From Amoeboaphelidium protococcarum X5 (Eukaryota > Fungi > Aphelidiomycota): a stretch of 64,000 nucleotides of DNA. The notes under the pieces were generated by a model. The model worked only from the letters and a program-made list of their open reading frames with translations. It was not told the origin of the DNA and ran no database searches. A program made the translations under genes and the position numbers. The DNA is taken from positions 1 through 64,000 of the forward strand of contig JALDTO010000247.1 of the NCBI GenBank assembly GCA_023515725.1. The letters are read 5' to 3'. Positions within the stretch are counted from its first letter, which is position 1; every line of letters starts with the position of its first letter. This document shows, piece after piece, positions 1-12,919 of this stretch.

Positions 1-2
1 GT

Positions 3-212
3 TGCTTTATCCGGTTTGCTTACCACTCGATTTCTAATGAGGAATATCTTGCGCCTTTGTGTGAATACGTCATCGATTCTAAAATTATGCTCAAAGTGGA
101 ACAAGGTGATTTTTACCTCTGCCTTTATGAAAGCATCTTCACCTATTGGTTTTATAGAGCTTTATCAATCAAATGTCTTGGAATAGAAACTGAGGATCAA
201 AATTTCATCTGA
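3..212 (+). CDS. 3' end of a hypothetical protein (partial, runs off the window start)
   Basis: Open frame CFIRFAYHSISNEEYL...ETEDQNFI ending in TGA 210-212; no recognisable motif. Confidence 0.3.
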   Translation, partial: CFIRFAYHSISNEEYLAPLCEYVIDSKIMLKVEQGDFYLCLYESIFTYWFYRALSIKCLGIETEDQNFI

Positions 213-1507
213 ATCGTATAGCTTTATCGATAAAAAAGGTTTCAAGTCAATCGATTACTTGTTTCGCCTCACAGAATCAACACAAATCAAACTTTCTTGT
301 ACTAATTGATAATAGATCCTTTGTAAGAATATGACCTTTCTAAGACTTGTTGATAGCAAGTATGGAATGTATTTAGATAAAGTGAGTTATAATGAAGTTT
401 CATGAAGCGATACGTGACAACTGTTGGACCAATGAGGATGTAACACACGTACACAGATTACTGAGAAGTAACATGAGGATCAAGATAGTATAGATAGACG
501 GTCTTGTGATGGTCGTATTCTGTTAAGATTATCAGTTCTGATTTTTATCATACTACTACCTTTAACAGTGTAAATACTGTAAAAAAATTCCATCAACACA
601 TTTAAGTGAGCTTGAAATCGTAATGTAATTGGACAAATCCTGACCAAAAAGCACGTTCAAAAGTGTGGCTCGGCAAGAAGGATTTTACTGTATTTAAACT
701 GTCTCAAAAACGATTTGCACAGCCGGTATGTCCATCTTTTCTTATCAACTTTTTCCTCCATCTTTATTCACTTCAAACTCGCTCGGCCTCACAGAAATTT
801 AGAGATGTCATCATTGGCCGATATTTCGCCAAAGTATCGCAGACTCAGGTACCATCCATCCATATGAAATCATTTAAATCTGTGATACTCCGTAGGCTGC
901 AATCGATAACGTTGTTAAATTATTGGTGGCTGGAAGAGACCAAATGCTGACAGATCGATCGGCTGATGTGTGCAATGAAATGGTGCCTATTGGCACTTAT
1001 AAACTATTAAAAGATTAAAGTGGAGAGTTGAATAACATGCTTGAATAGCTGAAAGATTAATTTAGGATCCACAATATCTCCCATACAGTCGGGCGTCATG
1101 TGTTAGAGTGTACTTCTCCTAAACAATCGCGCCGGGCATTTGGGGACCAATGTTCTATAAACATACACACTCCGGCTAATGCTCTAGTCACGCCATTGCC
1201 GTCGAGATACTGCACATAAATGCACTCATCATTCGGTTTATTCTTTCTGGCATCATTATAGGACAGCAATCTCTACACTCATGCAACTCGGTCTCAATTC
1301 GACTGATGTTGCACTTAAATAGACTTAATCCATGTTGCAGACTCTTCTCTGTTTTAATCAAACGACTTGAGCACTTCAATTATCGGCCAGATTATTTGCG
1401 CAAGTTTTGTTTCATATCTCTAAACAATATTCGCTCCACTCCTACCAGCCCAACAATCTCTCTATATCTTGATTCACTGATACTATTTGGTGAGCAATTC
1501 TTAAACT

Positions 1508-2881
1508 ATGATTGAACTTCCGGAAGAGCTTTGGGATTAAATTTTGGTCTACTGCGTGGGCTCCACAGTACCTGCTAATGGTATATTATTAAGATAGTTG
1601 GTACAAATTTTGCTTGTAGATAAGAGATTTTACAGACTTTCCATGCAATCTCTGGCCAAGTGGCTATGCTGGTAGAAGCTTAATATTGACTTTAAAATCT
1701 AGCCAGAGTACAAGACGCGCTATAATTAAAACACATCATCACCAGACAATCGTTTCGACTAAACTTAATAATAATTACATGATATGTAGAACATTCCGAT
1801 TGCTGCGTAGATGCCTGAATATCGTATCATGTTTGAACATCGTATCATGCATTCGCCGTATAACTCTGTAATATCGTAATATTAATCCAGGGTACCTCTG
1901 TAATGTCTGCAATTTATGGCTGATGTGAAGTGGTTCAAGTATTTGTCTGTAGATGTCAGGACGAACTAAATACGTGTCACACCCATTGTTGACTTGGAGC
2001 GATATGTATTAGTCTGTCTGGAATCTGCATTTACAAGGACTGCACATTTCAAATATGATGATAAAGATTCAGTATCTGTGAATATTGACGTTAAATAACC
2101 CCCAGGCTTGTTTTATGTCAAAGCCGGTATGGACGCATTGGGAGAGTTTGAATTGGTTTAAAAGCAAGTGAGTCGCGACGTGGTGGTTCCAATGGCTGAT
2201 GGCAAACCTTAATTGGTTCAAATGTACGAATCTGCATACTTTATACGAGTGAATTTCGTCTACTGCTCCCTGCGCTTCCTATTTCCGAATACCGATCGTC
2301 AAATTTAGCTGTCTTCTAATGCTCAGGTGTACAAGAGGTTCTATAAAGATTTCCAAGTGCTTTAGAAAGACTTTCTTGTTCGATACGATGTCTAGAATGT
2401 TGAGTTCTTTTAATTGAACATAAGGTCGTCCAACATTGTGCTGAGATGCTTTACGTTGTACATACACGCCAGCGAATCATTTAATCAGATTGACGCATCT
2501 AGTATGGATTAACTGTGCGCAATGGTATTTCTGTTCGATGGCTTAGGATCTAACATACCTGTTACTGCCGATACCAATGACTAGACGCCGACTTAATCAA
2601 CGTAAGTAAAGTAGGATGATGAAGACGCCAAGGTGACTCCGGATCGAGGCAAACTTCTGTTTGAGAGAATACGTACAGTGGCAGAGGCTCAACACCAAGA
2701 AATGCAAAGATTAATCGATTCAGTTCGTCGTGATTGTGTTTTGGTAAAGAATGGGCCTCAAAGTTCCATTTGTTTTCTAAAATGGGAGAATGCAATAGAT
2801 AAATTGGCCTTTACCATTAGAAAAGAATAGGTGGATACTGTTAATACTAAAGTATTAGAAAGTGCAAGTACGCCTAAATGA
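1508..2881 (+). CDS. F-box-like domain protein (~457 aa)
   Basis: With TAR=Gln one ORF from ATG 1508 to TGA 2879-2881; N-terminus MIELPEELWDQILVYC...LLVDKRFYRL fits the F-box consensus (LPxELxxxIL...LVCKRF). Confidence 0.6.
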
Positions 2882-2891
2882 GTAATAATGT

Positions 2892-3551
2892 TCACTATAC
2901 AATTGGCTATTTACCCTTCTATCTTGAGATATAGTGCTTCCTAGACTGATATACCATCCACTTTTTATGCAGCTGATATCGCCGCTACCGTTCATCATAA
3001 TCCTGAGTCCATTCCATCTTTGGTGGTGGCTCTTGCATATCCTGCTCCTCATCTGCATCACTGCAACCATCTGTACTACGAATATTACCATTCAAGTTTT
3101 AAACTTTGGACTCATAACTACCTTCATTAGTTGATTAATGAGTAGATTACTAAACGCGATGATTCTACTATAATCCTAAGTGTTCTTGTTATTAAGCGAC
3201 TCGTTAACGTTGTCTAATCTGACCAGATAGTGCACTCTCTAACACGGCATCGAACTTCCTCTGCACTTTCAGTTACTCTTCTATAGCAGCGGGATCCAAG
3301 TCTGGGAACATTTCTTAAATCTATTGAGCCATCTATCTTTATTCAGGTGTAAGAATTACAGACTTGTTTACATTGTTGCTCCGTCTTGACGATGATGATG
3401 ATGACGATTATAATGACTGCCTTGTTGTAGATGTGGACCGCACAGCAGCGCTTGAGTGATTATCATTGTTATGAGTATTAGTTCTCTGTAGCACTTTATA
3501 GATTATCACCGCAACTATCAAAATCAAGACTAAACTTTAAAAATCATCCAT
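2892..3551 (-). CDS. Cue1/AUP1-like ERAD factor: N-terminal TM anchor, CUE domain, C-terminal G2BR/U7BR-like helix (~219 aa)
   Basis: MDDFQSLVLILIVAVIIYKVL (TM); MAQQIQEMFPDLDPAAIEEQL (CUE MFP motif); DERQRRYQLHKKWMVYQSRKHY (E2-binding helix). Confidence 0.7.
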
Positions 3552-3567
3552 TTCCCTCTTGGTAAGA

Positions 3568-3600
3568 TTATTATTATTATTCTAATTATTATTATTATTA
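3568..3600. repeat. Interrupted (TTA)n microsatellite just upstream of the Cue1-like start
   Basis: ttattattattattctaattattattattatta. Confidence 0.8.
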
Positions 3601-3768
3601 CTGCGCAATGTAAAGATCGCCAACAGTCAACTGAAGAAACAAAGAGGAACTTTGAGAGGATCTCCCCCGACTCGAAAGAGATTAAGAATTGATCCCAGGA
3701 GCGAACCGAGTGCTTTTCCAGTCAGTCAGCACTCATAATAATTATTCAGTCGAAAGTTTTAAAGTTAA

Positions 3769-4233
3769 ATGACGCGATTATAATAAAGTATGACAGCGGG
3801 TGTTGTATAGGAGCTGTAATTCAGATCTAGTGTTAGAGATTTGGAGTTTGCCGTATGTATAATTGAACTCGGCGCATAATCGTTCTGGGTACAGTTGACT
3901 GGTCAAACGGTAAACGTTAACAATGCGAATAATACCAAGTCTGATCTCAAGGATCTGTCATTGACTTTAATGTCCGGTTCACCTTCTACACACGCGCAAT
4001 AGAGCAGCAGCTCCATAAGTATTGTGGGTGGCGATTAAAACTTGTGTCAGAAATTGTCTTAGGCATTGAGTAGAGATCCTGTGGCGCGATAGAAAGTTCG
4101 TCAACTATTTGTAGCTATGGCTGATTTGAAGATTGACCTGGGAAGTGGATTATCTGGATAGAACGATGAGTTGACTGTAATCCATGGTGAATTTATACGC
4201 GCCGTCAAGAAGTACTTTTGTGAATAAAAATGA
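3769..4233 (+). CDS. Proteasome assembly chaperone 4 (PAC4/PSMG4)-like protein
   Basis: ORF with TAR=Gln (alternative ATG at 3790): IIELGAQSFWVQL...LKDLSLTLM...SISIVGG...LCQKLSQAL...RQLFVA resembles the PAC4 pattern. Confidence 0.45.
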
Positions 4234-4280
4234 TAATCGCGCATATAAGAATTAAATATGTACCATGTTCACTCTAATCA

Positions 4281-6125
4281 TCACTTTCTAGATGATGACA
4301 ATTACATCCTAAGTAAATCTTTCAATCTCGCGGTATGAGCGACTTACACCTCTGTACCGGTGCCAGTTCGTAATAGCAATCTCAACTCCCGTTCCACAGC
4401 CGTCTACATCCATGAATTGGTACCATTAGTGGCTGCAAATAATCTCTACCAGGCAGACTTTTTAGTCAATCTCTTGTAAATCGAATGTATCATCTCAACA
4501 TGGTAAATCACTGACTAATGTTCAGGAGTGGCCAAGGCAGAGTGTAATTTTCCATCAAGACAACCTCCTTCCAGCAGATAAAGATGTCGTTCCATATCAT
4601 CAAGTAATTCAAATCGTGAAGTTCCAAGAGAGTTTACAGAGGACCACAGAGATGTCACCAGTCGCGCAACTAAACGATATGCAGCATAGGCTATCAGCAG
4701 TGATGGACCAGCAGAGAATACGGCAAAGTTGAGCTCATTCGACTTGAGCAATTTCTCTACACCTACCAGAGCAGATACAACGTCAATCTTTAACTTTTGT
4801 ACTTGAATAAGTAAAATTCTAGGTAGCGATGTAGATTATCCAATCGACAATGTTCCTCTAAGTGGAGACTTGATTTTGTCCTCGTACTGATTTAACAGAA
4901 TTGGATAAGCCACCTTAATCTGGTCTTGAATGTCCAATTGCACATTTTAAGACTGACTCTAACTACCAGAATCTTTGGAGAAGTCAACAAGCATCCGGGA
5001 CAGAGATTTAATATCCTCTTCCAATATTTGAGGATTGACTTGGGCCATAGAATTCTACTACTAACCATTACTATTTCTAATGGTTTTATAAACTTGGATG
5101 CTAGGCTATACAATCCAATTCTAAAAGTAATCAACCAGAGTAGCCTGAATTTAATGCGTAAAGCTAATAATACTGTCCCAATTTATCGCGATATCATGGC
5201 CAATTTAAGATACAAGGCAAACGCATAAAGTAATAATTATCCAACGGATCTAAAGAACAGTAGGAGATCCATTCTAACGAACTAAATTCAAAGAGACACG
5301 CCTATAAGCATCTTCCAACACATGCAATTATTCAATAAACCTATCCAAGTCTAGCTCTGAATATTAAAATTCAGATTCCAAGGCGGATATATCACAAACT
5401 TTTTAAATCCACTCGGCATTCCTCAATTACTTGCTTAAAGCTTCATTTAGATCGGACAAGGAACCTTTATCCAATGATTATTGTCTAAAGTCATCAGCCA
5501 AATGGGAATCTTGTACAACACCTTATGCCAAACTGTGAAGCAAATCCAATTACGCAACTTAAAGATTACCACATTCCGTGGCTCGCAGTCGAAATTAATG
5601 AGTGACTGAATGGCGCACAATACTAATTGCAGATTAAAACACCAATGGAAATCTCTTACAGTAGGATATAGGACTGATTACCAGCAATTTAAACTCTCTT
5701 ACCACACTCAAAAAAGAACCTTTAATCAATCTAAACCAGCTGCGATAACGTACAAGTGATTGAACTCGATCAGCATCCAACTGTTAAAACCATGACGCTG
5801 CAGTCCATGGTAAAAGAGATGCTTAATAGTACAGACTCCTAAAGAAACTTTTGGATACAGAATTCCAAAACTACTATGCATAATCCAGTTTCTATATATT
5901 AATCAAAGTTCTCTTTACCAGCCTGGATTAAGTAGTTAATTACGACTGAAACTTCATAAGAGTCGCAAGTTCTGGCATTTCATTCATGTTCTCAGAATAA
6001 CTCTGCTATTAAGATAAAGGTACAGACTAATTAACAGATTAAATAGACAAAGTATTGTCCAACTACAACTGAGTCCATACATGGTTCCAATACTGGATTC
6101 TCTCTTCCAAAAATTGTTCAATCAT
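4281..6125 (-). CDS. NCA2: Nuclear control of ATPase protein 2 (NCA2/DGS1 family, ~614 aa)
   Basis: NWIVQPSIQVYKTIR and QVQKLKIDVVSALVGVEKLLKSNELNF family motifs; continuous frame with TAR=Gln. Confidence 0.8.
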
Positions 6126-6479
6126 CTCTCAAAGTTAAGTCATTTCTTCAGAGAGCAAAGAAGTGGAGGAACTCGTTTAGAAAAGATCATTAAAATGGCG
6201 ACTGAATAAGTTTAAAAAATCTGCCCAACCAGTTCATCACCAAACTTTTTCGATTGTAAAGATAGGACAGGCTTCACAATATTGTTAATAGAGACTAAGC
6301 GAATAAAGGCAACTGTATATAATGTACGGAATATTCTATTGCACAATGTACGAATCCTCATGCATCATCAATTCTCTTCATCTACAACGTGACCGACTCA
6401 AACATCATAGTACCCACTCAACAATCATACTAAAGTCTTGCAGTAGTAGGAGAACTCAATGTTATACTCAATTTAACAC

Positions 6480-9137
6480 TCAATTACTCTGCCTCTAGGA
6501 ACTAATCTCGACTTACTAACCAGAGATAGCTTCACGAGATTCATCTTGCGGCTATTCCGAAATGTCATTGGATGCAGTGCTTATGGCTAAACCAACCAGA
6601 TCAGCCTATGAATCCAGACGCTTTTCAAATCTCTCCCTTGCATCAGCCAAACGTATAGACTATGTGGCATCTTCATGGTGATACTTGTCTTTATCATTAA
6701 AATCATGACATACCACATCGTCACTAGATGCCGTTGCATTAGCCAACGGGGATGCACCTTATCCATTATCCTGAGTGTTGTTAACGTAGGAGGATGTAGG
6801 GGACGAAATGTTTTACGCAGAACTTCTCATCTTCACACTGCTTCCTTAATAACTTCTACTCACACGATCGGAATCAAATTGAGATTACTACTTCTGCTCG
6901 ATAGGCTGCAAAAGACCTGCGGCCGACTTTCGCAAGCTTTTAGACTTTTATTTATTGTCCATATTCCCAAAATTCTGAAGACCATGATCAGACAGAGACT
7001 TTCCATGACGTCGTTACTCTGCAATCTTCAACTACTACTGCATGCTCTGTGTCTTTAAAATGTCTTTGAATAGGGACAACAGTGTATCGATGCCCTTCAA
7101 ATATCCAAAATCGCATCCCGTGAGATCATCATTCTCCTCTTTCAATAACACCATCCTCGCTCTCTCTTCCAACTCTCTCCTGGTCAGATAGGGATAAATA
7201 TCAAGCGCCCCTACCAGTTTAGACCGCGAGCACTCCTCAATCTTAAGTTCCGCGTTGACATCTTTCAACTCCACCTCAGTGCCAAGATCCACCATGTGTC
7301 TACCAGTGGTATACTGTGCCAGCGCAGGTCGCCTTCTGACGCGCTTAGCCGCCTTATTTCGGTAATCGTCAGTCATCTCTTTGGTGACACAATGAGTAAA
7401 GTCAACCATTCTCACTTTGATCATTCCATCCTACTGCTTATTAGAACCATCATACACAAGGAGGAGAGATGATGCGTAGAACCGAAAGCACTCCATATTA
7501 ATGATAACTTTTCGCAAATCAAGCAGAGATGATATCAAACTGTACACCAAATCGACTCGGACAGATCCATTGTTCATAAGAAAGTTGGACAAAGTGGACA
7601 GCAGTTCTTCTCTTGATCTTATGGCTCTACCTCGGTACTTATCTTGGAAATAGTATCGATTAGTGGTGCTTTTGTACACCTACATTCCACATAATCTTAC
7701 ACCATACTCCTGCGATGTAGACTCCATAACCTTCTTCATCTGTTTTTATCTTTTATCCTTTGAGGCATTGAGAGGATGCTGCCTGGTGCCCATCTTGAGG
7801 TCCAATATACACGGATGTTGATACCCTGCAGTCAAATCTTCAAGCAATAAGAACTTATCCTTCTCCACATCTTTATTCTTACTCTTACTCTATGACAAGT
7901 TATCACTCTTCTTCTCTTTCTACTTGTACTATTAGCCTTATTCAAATTCACCAACCAGAGGAGACACATTCTAAGGAGGATCTTGATACTTTGTGGTATA
8001 GAGATGGAGAGACCATGGATTGATGTACGGAACATTCTTCTCAAAATCAACTTCTTCCTAGGGAGATTCACTAACCCGCTATGATAGACGATCTTCCACT
8101 GGAGATTCCCGGTTAGGATGGATTCTAATCCGAGATGACTAAGAGTGACTGTACGGAGATGGAGGTGAGTGGTTCTGATGACCGGATGATATAGATGATC
8201 TCTTAATTGGAATGCTGTCAGATTACTATTGCTGATGTTTACGTTCTGACTGCTAATCCACATAAACCATCTGATCCACTAAATTATCATCAGCATCCAC
8301 CAGATCTTGTACATTATCCACGTCAATATCCTTAAAATCGCCATGACTGTGAACATCTAATCCAGCGCTTTACTAATTACCAGATAGCTCCTCCTAATCT
8401 GCTGCATAACTGCCGTGCGTAATAACATCCAGAATATCATCCATTGTAAATATAGGATCATTATTAGACTTGAGTGGCGCAAATCTGTTAAAGTCATTCC
8501 GACTCAGAGATGGAGCAGCTGATCGATTAGATTAAGAGAATCGAGCAGACTTTGGAGATGCAGGTGACGGATACATTGAATCTGCAGCATAATCATGGAC
8601 CAAATCACTCGCAGATTTATGTAGACTTCCTTATAAATGAGCCTTACCTGATACAACAGAGTTGACACTGATCTACTTTAATGCATATGATGACTTGCTC
8701 TGACTAACGCCACTCTTTACCCCAGATTATTATTATTATTATAATTATTTATATTAGGGATCCTATGACCGCTCTGAGGTAGCATGATTATTTCCATTAT
8801 CAAGCAAGTTTGCAAGTAAAGCATTATTATTATTATTATTATTATTACTACTGTCACTTTGATTTTGAAAATTATTAACCTTACTCTTGAGAGGTGCATC
8901 GAGCGAGTCCAATACCAACCTCGGCGTGACATCTCCCTAATCACATTCCACCTAGACTATGCCAAGATAACTAGGCACAAATCGGTGCTGTGGATTGGAG
9001 AGCAGAAATGGCATTTTCTAGTAGAAGGAATGCTCTTTTGTAGACAATGGCTTGCACACTGCATCATGGGTAAATCTTAAGAATGGAGCATGTCCGCCAA
9101 CTTGATGAGACAGTGGTTCCAAAACTGGATTCATCAT
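6480..9137 (-). CDS. KCS1: Inositol hexakisphosphate kinase (IP6K/Kcs1-like, ~885 aa)
   Basis: N-terminal HQVGGH...CKPL..E..FY; LLEDLT...[13 protein letters not shown] (PxxxDxKxG); SSLLLVYDG; MVDFTH. Confidence 0.85.
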
Positions 9138-9757
9138 ATTTATACGGATACAATATCAGCAATAGCCAAGGATTATGATTTCTTTTGTTTACTACTATTT
9201 ATTTATATATAGAATTAAAGAAATTCAAAACACTAAACAATTATTCCAATCTATCTAGACTCCAGTACAGTATACTACTTTCTTTATTTGAGACAAAAAG
9301 AGAGAGAAGAAAAACAGTCCCTACAGTATATCGATTGACGAGAAGAAGAAGAAGAAAAGGAATAAAGATTCATTCTTTCATTCCTTATTCATGATGATCG
9401 TCAACAGTTCTTGCAATCTTGGCACAATAAAGGAGTAAACGCCCTATTCCAAAAGTCTCCTTTTATCACAATGAAATGGTCTACAATTTCCGTGTTTCAT
9501 CTCAAGCGTAGTTAACGGACTCGTTGAATTGTTTTCTAAATGTCATTTATGGCTTTACGTTTCTAGATGAGTTGTAGTGTTTTCTTTCAAGGGACGTGCG
9601 ACTTCTTGTTCACTTTTGTCTTGATTATTGTATGAAAATCGCGTTGATATTCACCAATACTGTAGTTGTATTATTTTGAAATTTCTCTTATTAAATTCTT
9701 GTCATAGATAGCTAATTTTCAATATACAATAAATTCATTTAATTTGTTGGAGTGGTA

Positions 9758-11752
9758 ATGAAGTGCAAGGTGTGTAAGAGTAAACGATTTAATCTGACTG
9801 ATCTTGGATTCTATGTGTGTGCTAATGGGCACGCTTAAGAGTAGATGGTGGACACTAGAGCGGATGAATTTATACAGACTGGTGTTGGTCGAGAGCTTTC
9901 AAAGAAGTAGCGATTATCTCAGTCTTCATCCAAAAAGAAGGATAAGAAGAATAATAAGAGTGATGGGAGTAAGAGGAGTGGAAGCGTGTCTGCAGATGGC
10001 GAAGATAGTACCACTGATTATTATGATACTGAGGACAGTGAGGGAAGTCAGAAGAAGTTATAAATGTCGCCAATGATGAAGCGCATAGTGGACACGTATG
10101 ATGGAAGAAAATTGAATTTGTTCGAAGTTTCTGGCACACTCTTCCTATAAAGTATATTCTATGAGTAGTGCAAGTGGCTGATAGATGCTGCCCTGGTGAG
10201 CGACGACTTTATGGAGATTGCAAAGCGGTTCTGGCTTCAACATTGTCAGTCACGAGAGAGTTCAGTCTAGTCCAAGTAACTTGATCGCAGTACGATACAA
10301 GATAGAGATTTGTTACTAGTGCTCTTCCATGCTTGCTAGCACTCGTAAAAGACTAGAATCGTAGTGTTAAATGATCTTATATCCTTGTGCACTCTGGGTA
10401 GAATATAGTACGATCATCGCCAAGTATAAGCTCCTAAGAATTAGTAGTTCTTGCCATTTTTGGACGTGTATTAACGTGTTCCTACTCAAATATTCTCCAT
10501 GTTCAAATTGCAGTTCACGTTCGATGATCCTGGCACTCCGTCACTACTTTCCAGTAGATTTACGAGTAGAATACATTCCATTGGTGATCTTAGATTTATT
10601 CAAGATAAACGTCTCTGTTTCCGTGTGCTAGTCAAGCGTTTACTCCTACCTGAAGGCTTTGTGTCCCTCTGCTGTAAATTGTACCACGCCTTGTATATTG
10701 AGGGAAGAGGAGAGTAATATGCAGGTAACATTTTGAGTCCTTTGTACTTTGAAATGAGGATTGCCGTGTGCATTTTGATATCTGCCAAGTTTTGTTGGGG
10801 TGATGGTGTACGTGAAGGATAAATGTATGATATACGGAAAGAGATACCTCGCATCTGGACAAGGTGCAAGTATCGGCCTACTCAAGATGGATTTAGCTGT
10901 TGGAAGCACTGGTTTAAATTGATTTATGCTCTGGAGAAAGATCGTCTGTTCACTTAAGCAGGCGGTGTGATGAAGAATGATTTGAACGATATGCCGTCAC
11001 TATAGAATTCCCATAGATAAATTAAACGAGAGTCCATGGACAAAGCGTGGAGTTAGTAGAAATCAGTTGGTTCGTACGATGAATTTGTTGAGCATTTTCC
11101 TGAATCGGTCGGTCATAATTAGAGAGGAAAGCCATCGAATTCGGTATTTGAAGATTATTATCATGACTGTATCATTGCGTAGATGAAGAATAAGGATCGC
11201 TCTGAGTATTTGAAGTAGAAAAGTGTATACATGTGCCACAGCGTATACAAAGACTTCTTCCAGGTTTAACTGACAGATCGTGGCTTCTTCAGAATTCATA
11301 ACGTAAATTAGCCCATGATGAAGCAAGGCATGTTAAAGTAATTCTAAATCACGCCTTATGAAGATATAAACACTGAATATACAAGTTAGGAGAAGTTGGA
11401 AAACCTCAAAGCTACGGATTATCTAAAGTAAATCGACGATACTAATGAGTTGCATGATGATTAACTAGATCACTCTGACATTAAGTTAATGAGAAACGCC
11501 GTTCCTTCCCTAATAGCTAGACTGTCTGTCATTATGGGTTATAGTGCATTCGATATTCATGAAAGTTTACTGTCCATGGAAGGCCGCATAGATCTGGATT
11601 ATGTTCGAATTTTCGTTGACAAGACTAGAGAACGTTATCTGGAGTAGAGAAATGCTAAACGTGCTGGTGGTAGTGCTTATACGTAAAATTAAGATGTAGA
11701 CTAGGAGGATGATATGGAAGATGAAATGAATGATGGCGACCAAGATTAGTGA
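9758..11752 (+). CDS. RRN7: RNA polymerase I initiation factor RRN7/TAF1B-like (~664 aa)
   Basis: N-terminal Zn ribbon MKCKVCKSKRFNLTDLGFYVCANGHAQ; long open frame to TGA 11750-11752. Confidence 0.6.
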
Positions 11753-11875
11753 GAGATTTTTTGCCTGTGAAAGATGTCCAAAGTGAAAATGCCATTTAAT
11801 GTCCCATTACATGGTTTTTTATTACTATCACTGATACCATATTTCAAATTCCGCTTACTAGCAGTGATCAATCAA

Positions 11876-12453
11876 TCACTGAGCATGACCAATCACCTTC
11901 TTCACGGTTGCATCATTGGCAGGTGGACGCTGGTTCAGACCCTTCTCAAGACTGTCCGACAGCTTTGCCTTCTCCAGATCAGCTTTAGCCTGCTGCAGAC
12001 TTGGAGCCACCTGCTGATCCTTGAGAATATTCAACTGCTCCAAAGACTTTGCCTCTGGGCGCGACTCAATCTTCTTCTCCAGAGCATCCTCCAACTTGGC
12101 TCTCTCCAAATCAGCCTTGGCCTGTTACAGAGCAGGTGCGACGTGGAGATCCTTCACGATGTTCTTCTCAGCCAAATCATCCAGCGATGGACGACCCTCA
12201 ATCTTCTTGCTCAGAGCATCTTCAATCTGAGCCTTTTGCAAGTCATGCGCCTACTGCTGCAGTGCTGGAGCGATTGATGAATCTACATATTACTTAAGAA
12301 GGAGCGATTACTCAGATGAATATGTCATAAAACAATGTGAGTGATACAGTTATAATAAATACCTTTCAGAATGTTCTATTCTACGAGCTCCTTAGCATCA
12401 GGGCGGTGTTACAGCTTCTTTTCAATGTTTTGCGCAGTCTCTCCTTGAACCAT
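11876..12453 (-). CDS. RPEL-repeat (G-actin-binding motif) protein, one intron
   Basis: Four repeats: KKLQHRPDAKELVEQNILK, KKIEGRPSLDDLAEKNIVK, KKIESRPEAKSLEQLNILK, KGLNQRPP. Confidence 0.85.
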
Positions 12454-12919
12454 TATATATGTATAAATTATTTAGCGGTTTAATAAATGTTATAAAGCGA
12501 TGCTAGATAAGGTAAGAAGACTACACAGTTGGCAAGAGGGAAAATCGTCGCGACGAACTTTTAGAAATGTGGCTTGAATTTTGTTTAATTTAAGGGCGTC
12601 ATGAAACACGTTACGATAACAGCTTCTGATCATAGGGCGCTTTATTCTAGTCGTTCCTTGTGTGATCATTGGCTTGTGACTATTGTTAAGCGATATTAAT
12701 ATTACTCGGGGATTAATAGTATTTAGATCGCTGACGTGCTTTTCATCTAATCTTACGACGATAATGAAATATAACCAGTGTGTTTGAAGTGCGGTGTCTC
12801 TCTCGCTCTCTCAATAACTCCCTGTCGCTGTTTGTCTTTCTGCTCTTGGAACTGTTTTTCCATTTTTCTAATCAATCAGCGGATATAGTTCTTAAAAGTT
12901 TGTAGAAAATAACACGAAT

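Noticed and set aside
600-1305. Possible spliced gene (GT..AG introns near 725-794 and 849-896)
   Set aside because: No clear start codon or recognisable motif; with one stop codon, open frames of this length arise by chance
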